A DNA stretch of 64,000 nucleotides from a virus. The position numbers were made by a program, and so were the translations under genes. The stretch spans positions 1-64,000 of IMG/VR virus record IMGVR_UViG_3300037340_000044; one strand, written 5' to 3'. The notes under the pieces were generated by a model. The model ran no database searches and was not told the origin of the DNA. It saw nothing but the letters and a program-made list of their open reading frames with translations. Of this stretch, positions 19,301 to 28,075 are shown one piece after another; position 1 is the first letter of the stretch; each line of letters begins with the position of its first letter.

Positions 19301-20050
19301 ATGAATCTCGCAGAGAAATACCGCCCGCGACACTTCGCGGGCATCGCAGGCCAGCGTGCGGCAGTCGAGCAAATCCAGCGCGTGCTGGCGCGTGGATGGG
19401 GCGGTCGCGCGTGGTGGCTGTCCGGGCCGAGCGGCACGGGCAAGAGTACGATGGCGTACCTCATTGCCCAGCACGGCGCCGATCCGTTCTACATCGAAGA
19501 ACTGGATGCGCAGCTACTCACGCCCGCAAAGCTTCGGGACGTGGAAGACGGTATGCACTACCGGGCAATGAGCGGCAAGCCTGGCAAGGCTTATCTGGTG
19601 AATGAGGCGCACGCGCTCATTCCCAGCGTCGTGCGGCTGTTGCTCGTGGTGTTGGAGCGACTGCCAGAACACGTCGCGGTGATCTTCACCACGACGGCCA
19701 CGGCAACCCCATCCCTGTTCGGATCTGATGAAGGCGGCCCGCTGCAAAGCCGATGCACCCAGATTGACTTGGAGGCGAGCGCGGAGACGCAACGCGCCAT
19801 GGCGCAGCGTGCCAAGCGCGTCGCGCAGGCGGAAGGTATCGACGGGCTGCCGGATGAGGTGTACGTCGATGCGTTGGCGCAGTGCCGGGGCAACCTGCGC
19901 ATGCTGATCCAGCGTATCGAGAGCGGTCGATTCTCGGAGGATGCGAGCAAGCGGAACGCGCTGAAGGGCGAGTTGGCAAATTTGCCGACTGGCAAAACGA
20001 CTGCCAAGCGGCGCGAGGCAATCATGGCCGAGCTAGGCGGTGCGGCGTGA
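19301..20050 (+). CDS. Clamp-loader-like AAA+ ATPase (DnaX/RFC-like, short)
   Basis: LAEKYRP..F..IAGQ, GPSGTGKST, YLVNEAH, PLQSRC, GNLR. Confidence 0.88.
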   Translation: MNLAEKYRPRHFAGIAGQRAAVEQIQRVLARGWGGRAWWLSGPSGTGKSTMAYLIAQHGADPFYIEELDAQLLTPAKLRDVEDGMHYRAMSGKPGKAYLVNEAHALIPSVVRLLLVVLERLPEHVAVIFTTTATATPSLFGSDEGGPLQSRCTQIDLEASAETQRAMAQRAKRVAQAEGIDGLPDEVYVDALAQCRGNLRMLIQRIESGRFSEDASKRNALKGELANLPTGKTTAKRREAIMAELGGAA

Positions 20051-20238
20051 CCCATCAACAGCGATTCGTCGCCCGCGCGTTCGTCAACGTGTTCACGGGC
20101 ATCCTGGGAATGATTCTGCCGGCGCCTGCGAGGTGTGCGAAGTGCGGCGGCCGGCCGCGGTCGAAGTGTGCGATCCACGGAACCCATATGTGCGGGCGAT
20201 GCCGTTGCCCGCGATGCAAGGAGAAACGACATGGTTAA
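20047..20238 (+). CDS. Small Cys-rich protein
   Basis: GTGA overlap; CAKC, CAIH, CGRCRCPRC. Confidence 0.5.
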   Translation: MTHQQRFVARAFVNVFTGILGMILPAPARCAKCGGRPRSKCAIHGTHMCGRCRCPRCKEKRHG

Positions 20239-20458
20239 GCAAGTGACAATTCACGGTGCGGACTGCGAGATCGAGCTGCGGCGTGACCTGGCCGGCACGG
20301 CGGTAGCGCTGCAAGCGGAACGGGAGAAGGTAGAGGCGCTGCTGGCGGTCCTTCACCCTGGCGTCATCGGCCTAATTCACAACTACCACTGCAAAGCGGA
20401 CAGCGATGCGGCGCTGGCCGCAATCGCCACGGCAACGAAGGGAGCGCAGCAATCGTGA
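20231..20458 (+). CDS. Hypothetical protein
   Basis: AAGGAG RBS; MVKQVTIHG. Confidence 0.65.
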   Translation: MVKQVTIHGADCEIELRRDLAGTAVALQAEREKVEALLAVLHPGVIGLIHNYHCKADSDAALAAIATATKGAQQS

Positions 20459-20664
20459 TCGACTACGAGACCCTGACGAATCCGCCGGAAGAGGGGACGG
20501 TGGCACGGATACAATTCGAGACCATGATATTCCGCCTCAACTACGGCATGCGGCATGACCGTGACCCAAACTGGCAACGACTACATCGGCACTTAGCGAT
20601 GAAAGCAATCGGCACGCTGCGCTATCTGACCAATCGGCCACGGAAAGGAGAGCAGCAATCGTGA
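20455..20664 (+). CDS. Hypothetical protein
   Basis: GGAG RBS, GTGA overlap. Confidence 0.65.
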   Translation: MIDYETLTNPPEEGTVARIQFETMIFRLNYGMRHDRDPNWQRLHRHLAMKAIGTLRYLTNRPRKGEQQS

Positions 20665-21047
20665 GCAGCATCACACTACACCGCACGGGAGCGCCGCCCC
20701 TGGCGTTCCGAGGACAGGAAATCGCATCGGCCGCGTTGCCGAGCGAGTGCAGGAATCACTCGATCGAGGTGTACCGGACAGACGGTGGCCGGCTCGTCGT
20801 TTGCGTGGAGTACACGAGCGATTTCAGGACCGAGCTGGACCATACAGACGCTTACTCGTTCATTACTCCAGAGGGAGCGATGGACTGGTTACGGCATTAC
20901 GACTGCACTAGCTATGTGCAGGGATGGCCTGTGCTTCCGCAATACGAGGATAGGCAGCGGCGCTTGCTGCTGCTGCTGCGCGAGCGGTTCGCGCAGCTGG
21001 TGACGATGGTCGCGAATCAACTGGCCATCGTGGAGCAAATACCATGA
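20661..21047 (+). CDS. Phage hypothetical protein
   Basis: ITLHRTGAPPLAF.G..IA....IEVYRT.GG; AAGGAG RBS. Confidence 0.75.
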   Translation: MSSITLHRTGAPPLAFRGQEIASAALPSECRNHSIEVYRTDGGRLVVCVEYTSDFRTELDHTDAYSFITPEGAMDWLRHYDCTSYVQGWPVLPQYEDRQRRLLLLLRERFAQLVTMVANQLAIVEQIP

Positions 21048-21376
21048 ACCCGAGTGAATCGCGGGCGCGTGCCTGCAAAATTGCAGAATCGATGGGCTGG
21101 TTTCTCGGCCAGGACGAGAACCGCAAGCCGAAGCTGTTTCGGCCGACGCATCCGGCACGACTGTTCGACACCTGGCTAATCGCGCTGACCTGGCTAATGG
21201 GTCAGCGCGAACTGCTGCCGAAGGGCGAGGTGCGCCAGCCAGCCGCGCAGCCGGTAAGTAGTCGGCAAATAGTCGGCAATCAGTCATCAGGGGGATTAGC
21301 CCCCCGGCGAGCAACGGCGGCGGACGCCAGCATACCGATGGCCGCTATCGTGCCTACGGCGCGGCGGATCGGCTAG
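21044..21376 (+). CDS. Hypothetical protein
   Basis: GGAG RBS, ATGA overlap. Confidence 0.55.
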   Translation: MNPSESRARACKIAESMGWFLGQDENRKPKLFRPTHPARLFDTWLIALTWLMGQRELLPKGEVRQPAAQPVSSRQIVGNQSSGGLAPRRATAADASIPMAAIVPTARRIG

Positions 21377-21393
21377 ATTTATCGCTCGCCGCG

Positions 21394-21422
21394 TGCAACG
21401 AATGGGCGCGGCGAGCGTATAC
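21394..21422 (+). promoter_or_regulatory. ECF-type promoter copy 3 (TGCAAC-N16-CGTATAC)
   Basis: Intergenic, exact 16-bp spacer. Confidence 0.8.
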
Positions 21423-21459
21423 AGTGGTGGAGACGCGAGACACAATCAAACTGGAGACG

Positions 21460-21561
21460 ATGATGACAACTTTTTCGCTGGTGGTTCTGGGGATCGGCCT
21501 GGTGGTGTGGGTGGTGAAGTGTGCGGTCGAAACCTGGGGCGATTGCGACGAGGCGAAGTAG
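21460..21561 (+). CDS. 33-aa single-TM peptide MMTTFSLVVLGIGLVVWVVKCAVETWGDCDEAK
   Basis: GGAG RBS; first ORF after promoter copy 3; below the ORF-track cutoff. Confidence 0.55.
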   Translation: MMTTFSLVVLGIGLVVWVVKCAVETWGDCDEAK

Positions 21562-21597
21562 ACCCAGAGACGCGAGACACCTAACGGGATACGAACG

Positions 21598-21819
21598 ATG
21601 AACGGAAACATTCGGTTGCAGGACGTTGACGACACTACCCGCGCCAAGGTCGCGGTAATCGTCCAGGCAGCTCGAGATTGGCAGGGCGAGCGCATCACCT
21701 GGGCAGAGTTCATGCGACGGGCCGACGTGACGGTTTCTGGCGAGTGCTGCTTGGCCGGCATCGGCTACAACACCGACGGGGCCGAAATCGAAAGCCGCGC
21801 TTTGGCAGCCGCGGTATGA
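21598..21819 (+). CDS. Hypothetical protein
   Basis: ORF in the early operon. Confidence 0.6.
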   Translation: MNGNIRLQDVDDTTRAKVAVIVQAARDWQGERITWAEFMRRADVTVSGECCLAGIGYNTDGAEIESRALAAAV

Positions 21820-21911
21820 CCACCCGAGCCGGACCAAGGGCGGCGAGTACAATGAACCGAGTCCCCACGGCGCCGCCCAGCATGGCCTTTGGCCGGTGGC
21901 GCTCGTGGGGA

Positions 21912-21938
21912 ATGTTCTGCGCGGAACATGTGTACAAT
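21912..21938 (+). promoter_or_regulatory. Operator-like palindrome ATGTTCTGCGCGGAACAT plus TACAAT -10 box 6 nt before the ATG (likely leaderless)
   Basis: Directly visible upstream of the terS-like start. Confidence 0.55.
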
Positions 21939-21944
21939 GGAATC

Positions 21945-22721
21945 ATGGACACAATCCCAATAGTGGCCGAGCAACCCATTACTGCACCCATCGTGCCTTG
22001 GAAGCCAAAGCAGGAGCGCGGTAGCGCAGAACCGATGCCGGGAAGGTGTGGAGGAAAGCTAAAGGACACCGACCCGCCGCGCTACTGCACGCGCGTCGAT
22101 AGGCGTACGGGAGGACGGTGCTTTCTGCATGGTGGCATGACACCGCGCGGACTAGCAAGCTCCAACGCGACCGCAGGTGGCATCTACTCGAAATATATGC
22201 CAGCCGGCCCGATGGCAGACGCCTATGCGCGCATGCATGCGGATCGGCAGAGCCTACACAGTCTAGCCGAGAAGATAAAGGTGATGGAGTCGTTCTGGGA
22301 AGACGACCTATCCCAGCTCGCAGGGGCAGAGATCGCGACCATCACAGCCATGATCGGCAATATTGCAGACGGCCTAACGCGAGAGAAGGAACCGATATCG
22401 GCCGAGGAAGGCGCTGCGCAGCTTCGCCAACTCGCCGCCACAGCGCAGGACGCACGCGCAGCCAGGCGCAGAGCCATTGCGGTAGCGCACGATCAGGCGA
22501 AGCTTGTGGATACGGACCTGCGCAGGCAAGCTCAGCAGGAGCATATGGTTACGACAGAGCAGGCCATATCGTTCGCCTACGCGGTCGGAGACGGCATGAA
22601 GGAGCTGCTAGGCCGCCTAGGAGCCCAGCAGAGCGACTATGCCGAACTGCGCGACCAGATACAACGAGCGGCTGCGAGGTGGCTCATGGGCGCGAATCCA
22701 GACGACGTGAAAACGCAATAA
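21945..22721 (+). CDS. Terminase small subunit-like protein (HGGxSTG-type motif)
   Basis: RCGGK....C.....GRCFLHGGMTPRG..SSNA..GGIYSKY followed by a helical region; upstream of TerL. Confidence 0.7.
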   Translation: MDTIPIVAEQPITAPIVPWKPKQERGSAEPMPGRCGGKLKDTDPPRYCTRVDRRTGGRCFLHGGMTPRGLASSNATAGGIYSKYMPAGPMADAYARMHADRQSLHSLAEKIKVMESFWEDDLSQLAGAEIATITAMIGNIADGLTREKEPISAEEGAAQLRQLAATAQDARAARRRAIAVAHDQAKLVDTDLRRQAQQEHMVTTEQAISFAYAVGDGMKELLGRLGAQQSDYAELRDQIQRAAARWLMGANPDDVKTQ

Positions 22722-22726
22722 TCGCG

Positions 22727-22755
22727 TGCAACAAACGGCGCCGGCGAGCGTATTC
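22727..22755 (+). promoter_or_regulatory. ECF-type promoter copy 4 (TGCAAC-N16-CGTATTC)
   Basis: Intergenic, exact 16-bp spacer. Confidence 0.8.
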
Positions 22756-22822
22756 TCTGGTAGACAGGCAACACGCCTGCAATGCGAATCGGCCGCGACC
22801 AGCCGAGAAGGACACCACGACC

Positions 22823-22975
22823 ATGACCTACCGTATCGATCTGCTCCGCAGGCTGCTCCAGGCCATAGGTAAGCGCCCACGCCTCTCTCGTAACGCAGCC
22901 TGCAACGCCATCGATGACGCCGGTATAACTCTGTCATGGTGCCGCTGGGCTGCCAGACATGGCATCACGTGGTAA
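22823..22975 (+). CDS. Small basic hypothetical protein (50 aa)
   Basis: AAGGA RBS; follows promoter copy 4. Confidence 0.55.
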   Translation: MTYRIDLLRRLLQAIGKRPRLSRNAACNAIDDAGITLSWCRWAARHGITW

Positions 22976-23651
22976 GCAGGCCAGCGAAGGTACGATCATG
23001 AGTGGAAGGATGGGAGTAATGATGCAATTCGAGCCGATCATTGAGCCGGTCACCTACTGCAACGGCCGTAAGGCATGGACATGGCGCGTGCTGTTCCGTG
23101 ACGATGCTGGTGAGCCAGTCGGCGTCACGTCTCAGTATCGCGGCCGTCAGCGCACGGAAGCACCTTCGCGCCGCGCAGCGCTGAAAGCCGCCAAAGCCGA
23201 GATCGGCCGTGTGCGCCACCATCGGCTGTTCCTGATCCGCGTGACTCGCGAGGACATCGCCAACGGAACCGGGCGCAGCATTCATGACTGCCCCGTCGCG
23301 CAAGCCCTCTATCGCGAGAAAGAGACGATGGGCCTCGACAAATGGCGGCACGGCTTCCGCGTCGAAACCTACGCGTGCTTTATCGATGCCGATGGCCTGG
23401 TCCTCACCGACAGGGACGGCACGGAGCACGCCATCGATCCGCCCGACGTGGTTTTCCCATGCAAGAACGAGCGCGGCTGGTGCGCCGAGAGCATGATGGA
23501 ATGGACGATGCTGTTCGACGACTGGTATGACTCGCAGGGCGTCACGGCGCGCGAGTGGCGCCGCGAACACGACGGGGACGGCAAGCCTGGCAAAATGTGG
23601 CCCGTGAGCTTCGTGCTGGACCTGGACGAATTGCTTGTCGCGGAGAGCTAG
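22959..23651 (+). CDS. Hypothetical protein (true start probably ~23019)
   Basis: IRVTREDIANG....CPVAQAL motif; GGAG before MMQF. Confidence 0.7.
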   Translation: MASRGKQASEGTIMSGRMGVMMQFEPIIEPVTYCNGRKAWTWRVLFRDDAGEPVGVTSQYRGRQRTEAPSRRAALKAAKAEIGRVRHHRLFLIRVTREDIANGTGRSIHDCPVAQALYREKETMGLDKWRHGFRVETYACFIDADGLVLTDRDGTEHAIDPPDVVFPCKNERGWCAESMMEWTMLFDDWYDSQGVTAREWRREHDGDGKPGKMWPVSFVLDLDELLVAES

Positions 23652-24065
23652 CATGTTGCTGCCAGCGCTCGATAGCGCGCGGTTGACGCATACGACGCGA
23701 GGCGCATGGTGCGCAAGCGAGCGTAAGCGCGGAGGAGCATGGCTAGCGAGCAGAACTGTCGCGCATAGCTGGCGCGCATAGGGATGCCCGCCTGTCGGCC
23801 ACACGCAACCCCCTCTCGCCTCGCACGCCGCACACAACCCACGCGCCTGCGGTAGTGCACTCGGTAGTACACGCCGCGCACCATATGCCGCAAGCTGTGT
23901 GTAGGCAGGCGCTTGCAGCGTGCATCGCGCCGGTTACGGTATACGGTGAGCAGCATGCCGTAGGGGGGAGTGGTGAACGCGCGTATAGGAGATGAGGGGG
24001 TGGGTGTGCCTTTCATTTGAAACGCGTGCTGCTTCCGCAAGCCGTCCCACGCTGTTGCCACCAAT

Positions 24066-24097
24066 CAAGAATCATATTCCTCCGAATATGATTCTTG
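24066..24097. repeat. Perfect 14-bp inverted repeat with 4-nt loop
   Basis: CAAGAATCATATTC-ctcc-GAATATGATTCTTG. Confidence 0.9.
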
Positions 24098-24153
24098 TTC
24101 GCGTCTCACATTAGATCCGCTTCGTAAAGCACTAACACGTATTGTTTTCCGCC

Positions 24154-24182
24154 AAGGGTATGCAAGGTTTGCATACCCTTTT
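24154..24182. terminator. 12-bp hairpin between convergent transcription units
   Basis: AAGGGTATGCAA-ggt-TTGCATACCCTT-TT. Confidence 0.55.
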
Positions 24183-24249
24183 CATCTCGCTGCCCCCACG
24201 CCGTATGCGAAAACGAAAGCGTGTGCAGCCTGCTGCACGCGTCCCACGC

Positions 24250-24534
24250 TTATTCACATGGCTTTTGTTCGCCGCAAGTGCAAGCTGCTGTAAAGACTTT
24301 ACGACCGCACTTGCATTTCCAGTAGACTACGTTCGTTGTCTGCGTCCTGGATACAGGTGTAGGCTCGGCGAAGCTTACTCCAGGTTCAGGAGCGTGGACG
24401 ATGTCATTAACGTCTGTTTCGTCAATTATTCGGTAGATGGATTTGCGTGGGTCGGAACCGAGTTTGTCGAGGCGTTCTGGGGTGAGGTAGATCGTGATCT
24501 GCTTGCCTTGTCGTTCGTTCTTTGGGCGGCCCAT
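24250..24534 (-). CDS. RHH-like DNA-binding protein with C-terminal Zn ribbon
   Basis: GGAG RBS; MGRPK....KQITIYLTPE; WKCKCG...CTCG. Confidence 0.7.
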   Translation of the reverse strand: MGRPKNERQGKQITIYLTPERLDKLGSDPRKSIYRIIDETDVNDIVHAPEPGVSFAEPTPVSRTQTTNVVYWKCKCGRKVFTAACTCGEQKPCE

Positions 24535-24550
24535 TTTTGCTCCATTCGTG

Positions 24551-24576
24551 TAGTTAGACGCTGGTAATTCTAACTA
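24551..24576. promoter_or_regulatory. Candidate operator TAGTTAGA-N10-TCTAACTA
   Basis: Inverted repeat in an AT-rich gap upstream of the RHH-like gene. Confidence 0.55.
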
Positions 24577-24613
24577 TGATAACAAATGGAAACTAGTTTG
24601 TATAGTGTGATTT

Positions 24614-24745
24614 TCAGTTCAGCCCCAGCTTGTGCCGTATGAAGTCGGAGAGCGATGCGAAGCCGGCATCGCGGGCGGCTTTCTCGCAGGCGGCGCGTTC
24701 GTCGGCGGTGAGGCGGACCTTGATGTTGTGGGTTCTGTTTTCCAT
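24614..24745 (-). CDS. Ribbon-helix-helix protein (MobC/CopG-like, 43 aa)
   Basis: MENRTHNIKVRLTADERAACEKAARDAGFASLSDFIR. Confidence 0.8.
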   Translation of the reverse strand: MENRTHNIKVRLTADERAACEKAARDAGFASLSDFIRHKLGLN

Positions 24746-25050
24746 CACTCGTTCTCCGCGGCCCAGCGAGCGAGGGCGGTCTGGGACAGTCGGCGCTCGA
24801 AGTCGTCGTGGGCGTCGAGTATGTCTTTGGCGAGGTTGAAGCGGCCTTCGGAGAGGAAGCCAGGTAGTTCCTGGGACAAGCACCATACCGGCCACATTTT
24901 CGAGACCGGCGATGGGCCGAACTTCACGGCGTCTTTCAATCCTCCAGGTATGATCAGCATGTCGAAAGGTTGCGCAGCCTGTGACGTACTGGCGACCAGC
25001 AAGCCGGTCGGCGTCTTGCCTACGTCGTACTTTTGTACCCAGGGTGTCAT
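24745..25050 (-). CDS. Hypothetical protein
   Basis: GAGG RBS before MTPWVQKY. Confidence 0.6.
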   Translation of the reverse strand: MTPWVQKYDVGKTPTGLLVASTSQAAQPFDMLIIPGGLKDAVKFGPSPVSKMWPVWCLSQELPGFLSEGRFNLAKDILDAHDDFERRLSQTALARWAAENE

Positions 25051-25625
25051 GGCGTCCTCTTGCTGTGCGGGCACTCGGGGATATGCGGCAGGCCAGAGCC
25101 GAGCATCCAGTCGGGGCATATGCAAATTTGCGGATTCGCGTAAACCACTGGGTCTCCGAAGGTTGGCGTGCCATATCCGAGCGGTATATCTGTCAAAACG
25201 ACTGCCGATCCGAAGGCCACTTGTTTGCTTGGCGTCTCAATGACAACGCAAGGCATGCCGTCAGTGAAGTGATGGACGCCATACTTGTTCGGTTCGCCAC
25301 ACGTGCAGGCCACATGGACGGCGAGCCGTTGGCGCAGGTCGGCGTTCTCGGCTTGCAGGCACTCCACGATGCCAGATTGTGCCGCGCCGCCTGTCTGGTC
25401 GATGAGTTCTTGGGCCACGGCGAGGATGTGTTCGTTGAAGCGCTGGGTTGGAATCGGGTCGATGGTGCAGCCGGGCGCCGACGCGATCTGCGAGCGCAGG
25501 CGGTCAGTCTCTTCGCGCAGGCTGACCAGTTCGTTAGCAACGTCTTCGAGGATGTTCACAAGATCGGCTGTGTCTTCGATGTTGGTCAGTCGCTGCCGTA
25601 TCCGATTGAGTCGTTCATCGTTCAT
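25047..25625 (-). CDS. Hypothetical coiled-coil/Cys protein
   Basis: AGGAG RBS before MNDERLNRIR; divergent from terL. Confidence 0.65.
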   Translation of the reverse strand: MNDERLNRIRQRLTNIEDTADLVNILEDVANELVSLREETDRLRSQIASAPGCTIDPIPTQRFNEHILAVAQELIDQTGGAAQSGIVECLQAENADLRQRLAVHVACTCGEPNKYGVHHFTDGMPCVVIETPSKQVAFGSAVVLTDIPLGYGTPTFGDPVVYANPQICICPDWMLGSGLPHIPECPHSKRTP

Positions 25626-25678
25626 GGTTGGTCTCCTATCGGCTATCATATTCACATCGAAGCTTGTGGGACAGCAAA

Positions 25679-27430
25679 ATGGCAAAAGACTTCATCAGCG
25701 TGAAGAACATCGCGGAGCTGATGGGCTCACGGGTGTGTCCGCAGCAGGGGCGCTTCACGCAAGCGGAACTGGAGCGCTATCGGGCGGACCCGGTGGAGTA
25801 TGCGGAGCAGGAGTTGAAGATATTCACGCTGACGCCGGTCCAGAAGGACATCCTGCGCTCACTGGTCATCCCGCCGTACCGCACGATGGTCAAGTCCGGC
25901 CATTCAGTTGGGAAAACCATGGTGGCGGCCGTGGCGGTGAACTGGCGGTACGACTGCTTCGATCCTGGCGTAGTCATCAGCACGGCCCCGACCGACCGTG
26001 ATGTGAAGGATTTGCTGTGGGCAGAGATTCGTGCGCAGAGGCTTGCTGCTGGATTGCCGATGGACTTCATCGGCGACGTGGCGCCTGAGATGCGCACGGG
26101 GCCGCAGCACTACGCGAAGGGGTACACGGCAAGAGGCGGCGTCAGCTTTCAGGGGCGGCATCCCGAGTACCTGTTCTTCGTGTTCGACGAGGCGATGGGC
26201 GTTGCCAATCCGTTCTGGGTATCCACGGAGACGATGTTCAAGAGCGACCCGGAACACGGATGGCTCGTCATCTTCAACCCGACCGATGTTACCAGCATCG
26301 CGTATCAGGAAGAGGGCAAGGGCGAGTTGGTGAATAAGCACACCGGCTTGCCGACATTATCGGACGATCCAGATGCGGAGTTTAAGTCGAAGTGGAACGT
26401 GTTCACGATGAGTGCCCTGGATCACCCGAACATCACGGGAGAAGGAGCGCAGATCAAAGCAGCGGTCAGCATGAGCCAAGTGGATACCTGGGTCAAGGAC
26501 TGGTGCGACCCGTTAAGGCCGCAAGACGAGCATCTGGCGACCGATATCGAATGGCCACTCGGAAGTAATCGATGGTGGCGGCCCGGTCCGGAGTTCATGT
26601 CGCGCGTTCAGGGCGTCTGGCCGAGCGAAGGCACAACATCAGTCTGGAAGGACAGCCTGTGGGAAGTGTGCGCCAAGCCGATCCTGGCAGCAACTTTTCC
26701 GCTCGATGAGTGGCCCGTCCTCGGCGTTGACCTGTCGAACACCAGCGGCGTCACCGCCATGCACGACCGCTGGGGACCGTACTCTCTGCGGCACCTCGAA
26801 GCGAACGGCTGGAGCGGACCCAGGAAGAAGGGCGAGGTCATTCAGCGTTGCCGCGAACTTGCGGAACTAGTTAACCGGGCAATGGAGCAAGCTGGCCGGC
26901 AGACGCGCTGCGTGCCGACGCAGATTCGCGTGAACATCGACGATGCGGTAGGCGGCCGCGATCTTGTGGGACATTTACAGGAAGCGGGCTACAATGCGTG
27001 CAGCATCAACGCGAGCACGGTTGATGGCGTGGACCTGCGCAAGTATCCGAAGATGCGGTCGATGCTGTGGTTTCAGACCGTAAAGAAGGCCGAAGCGGGG
27101 TTCGTGAAGTTCGGGCTGCTGCCGAAGCGTCAGATAGTCGAGTTGAAGTTGCAAGCGATGGCTCCCGAGTGGCAGCTAGATGGAGCTGGCAGGCGAGTGG
27201 TGGAGGAAAAGCCGCGGACGGAAGAACGTCTGGGGAGGAGTCCGGATGGTCTGGACGCAGCCAATCTTTGCTGGCATGATACGAACTTCGTGGCACCTTC
27301 AGCGATCGACGTGCAGCGGCTGACGGTGCAGGAGCGGTTCGCGCAGCAACACGACGAGCAGCCGCAGGTTTACGGCCACGGGCCGATGATGGGACGGACG
27401 CGGCGGGGAATTTTTGGGCAAGGTCGATGA
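25679..27430 (+). CDS. terL: Terminase large subunit
   Basis: VKSGHSVGKT (Walker A), FFVFDEA (Walker B), IFNP, nuclease LGVD...SPDGLDA. Confidence 0.93.
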   Translation: MAKDFISVKNIAELMGSRVCPQQGRFTQAELERYRADPVEYAEQELKIFTLTPVQKDILRSLVIPPYRTMVKSGHSVGKTMVAAVAVNWRYDCFDPGVVISTAPTDRDVKDLLWAEIRAQRLAAGLPMDFIGDVAPEMRTGPQHYAKGYTARGGVSFQGRHPEYLFFVFDEAMGVANPFWVSTETMFKSDPEHGWLVIFNPTDVTSIAYQEEGKGELVNKHTGLPTLSDDPDAEFKSKWNVFTMSALDHPNITGEGAQIKAAVSMSQVDTWVKDWCDPLRPQDEHLATDIEWPLGSNRWWRPGPEFMSRVQGVWPSEGTTSVWKDSLWEVCAKPILAATFPLDEWPVLGVDLSNTSGVTAMHDRWGPYSLRHLEANGWSGPRKKGEVIQRCRELAELVNRAMEQAGRQTRCVPTQIRVNIDDAVGGRDLVGHLQEAGYNACSINASTVDGVDLRKYPKMRSMLWFQTVKKAEAGFVKFGLLPKRQIVELKLQAMAPEWQLDGAGRRVVEEKPRTEERLGRSPDGLDAANLCWHDTNFVAPSAIDVQRLTVQERFAQQHDEQPQVYGHGPMMGRTRRGIFGQGR

Positions 27431-27627
27431 ACGAAAAATGTACGTGCCTGGAAACGCCAAGTACCGGAAGACATCAGCCGTATTGTCCGATGGCCAGAGC
27501 AATGGACTTCATCGAAAGAAATCAGGTATTTGCCGGCTGGTGCATTCGCTGCATGACTTGGGTGCAAACGCGAGATGGCTACTGTCCTAGCTGTGGCTCA
27601 TCGACGGCAACAGAGGCTTTGGCATGA
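27427..27627 (+). CDS. Small Zn-finger protein
   Basis: CTC..HQPYC, CIRC, CPSC. Confidence 0.6.
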   Translation: MNEKCTCLETPSTGRHQPYCPMARAMDFIERNQVFAGWCIRCMTWVQTRDGYCPSCGSSTATEALA

Positions 27628-27636
27628 ACAGGGGCG

Positions 27637-27678
27637 TTAATTCTGCAAATTTGCAGAATATTGGTTTTTACCTATGCC
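27637..27678 (+). repeat. 42-bp element containing the 16-bp palindrome; identical copy at 54984-55025, interrupted copy at 29272-29321
   Basis: ttaattctgcaaatttgcagaatattggtttttacctatgcc. Confidence 0.92.
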
Positions 27679-28075
27679 AGACAACGTGAATCTCAGCGAA
27701 GTTCGCCGACTGCCGAGCATACCGACGATACTTGACCAGTCTCCGTTCACGAACGGCGGCAAACCGTCGCTGATGGATCGGGCGGACCAGTACGACAAGT
27801 TCCACTGCGATGCGCCGGAAAACCTGTTGTTACAGACGGAGTTCTCGCACCTTGACCGCGCCAACCTTATCCGTACGGCGAAGGCGATGAGCGAATTGCG
27901 TGACGTGTTCAAGCAGACGGCGCGCATCGAAGTCACGAATCAGGCATACATGGTGCTGGTGGACCGGCTGATACCGGCGATGGAAGGTTTGAACCGGCGT
28001 CTGGACCAATTGGAAGCGGCGATTCTGGCGCTAGCACCGAAGAAACGAAAACGAAAGGCGCTGGTGAAGAAATGA
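27674..28075 (+). CDS. Hypothetical protein
   Basis: ATG inside the 42-bp element; basic C-terminus. Confidence 0.65.
   Translation: MPDNVNLSEVRRLPSIPTILDQSPFTNGGKPSLMDRADQYDKFHCDAPENLLLQTEFSHLDRANLIRTAKAMSELRDVFKQTARIEVTNQAYMVLVDRLIPAMEGLNRRLDQLEAAILALAPKKRKRKALVKK

Noticed and set aside
22901-22930. Possible fifth ECF-type promoter (TGCAAC...CGGTATA)
   Set aside because: Lies inside a CDS and lacks CGTA at the 16-bp spacing
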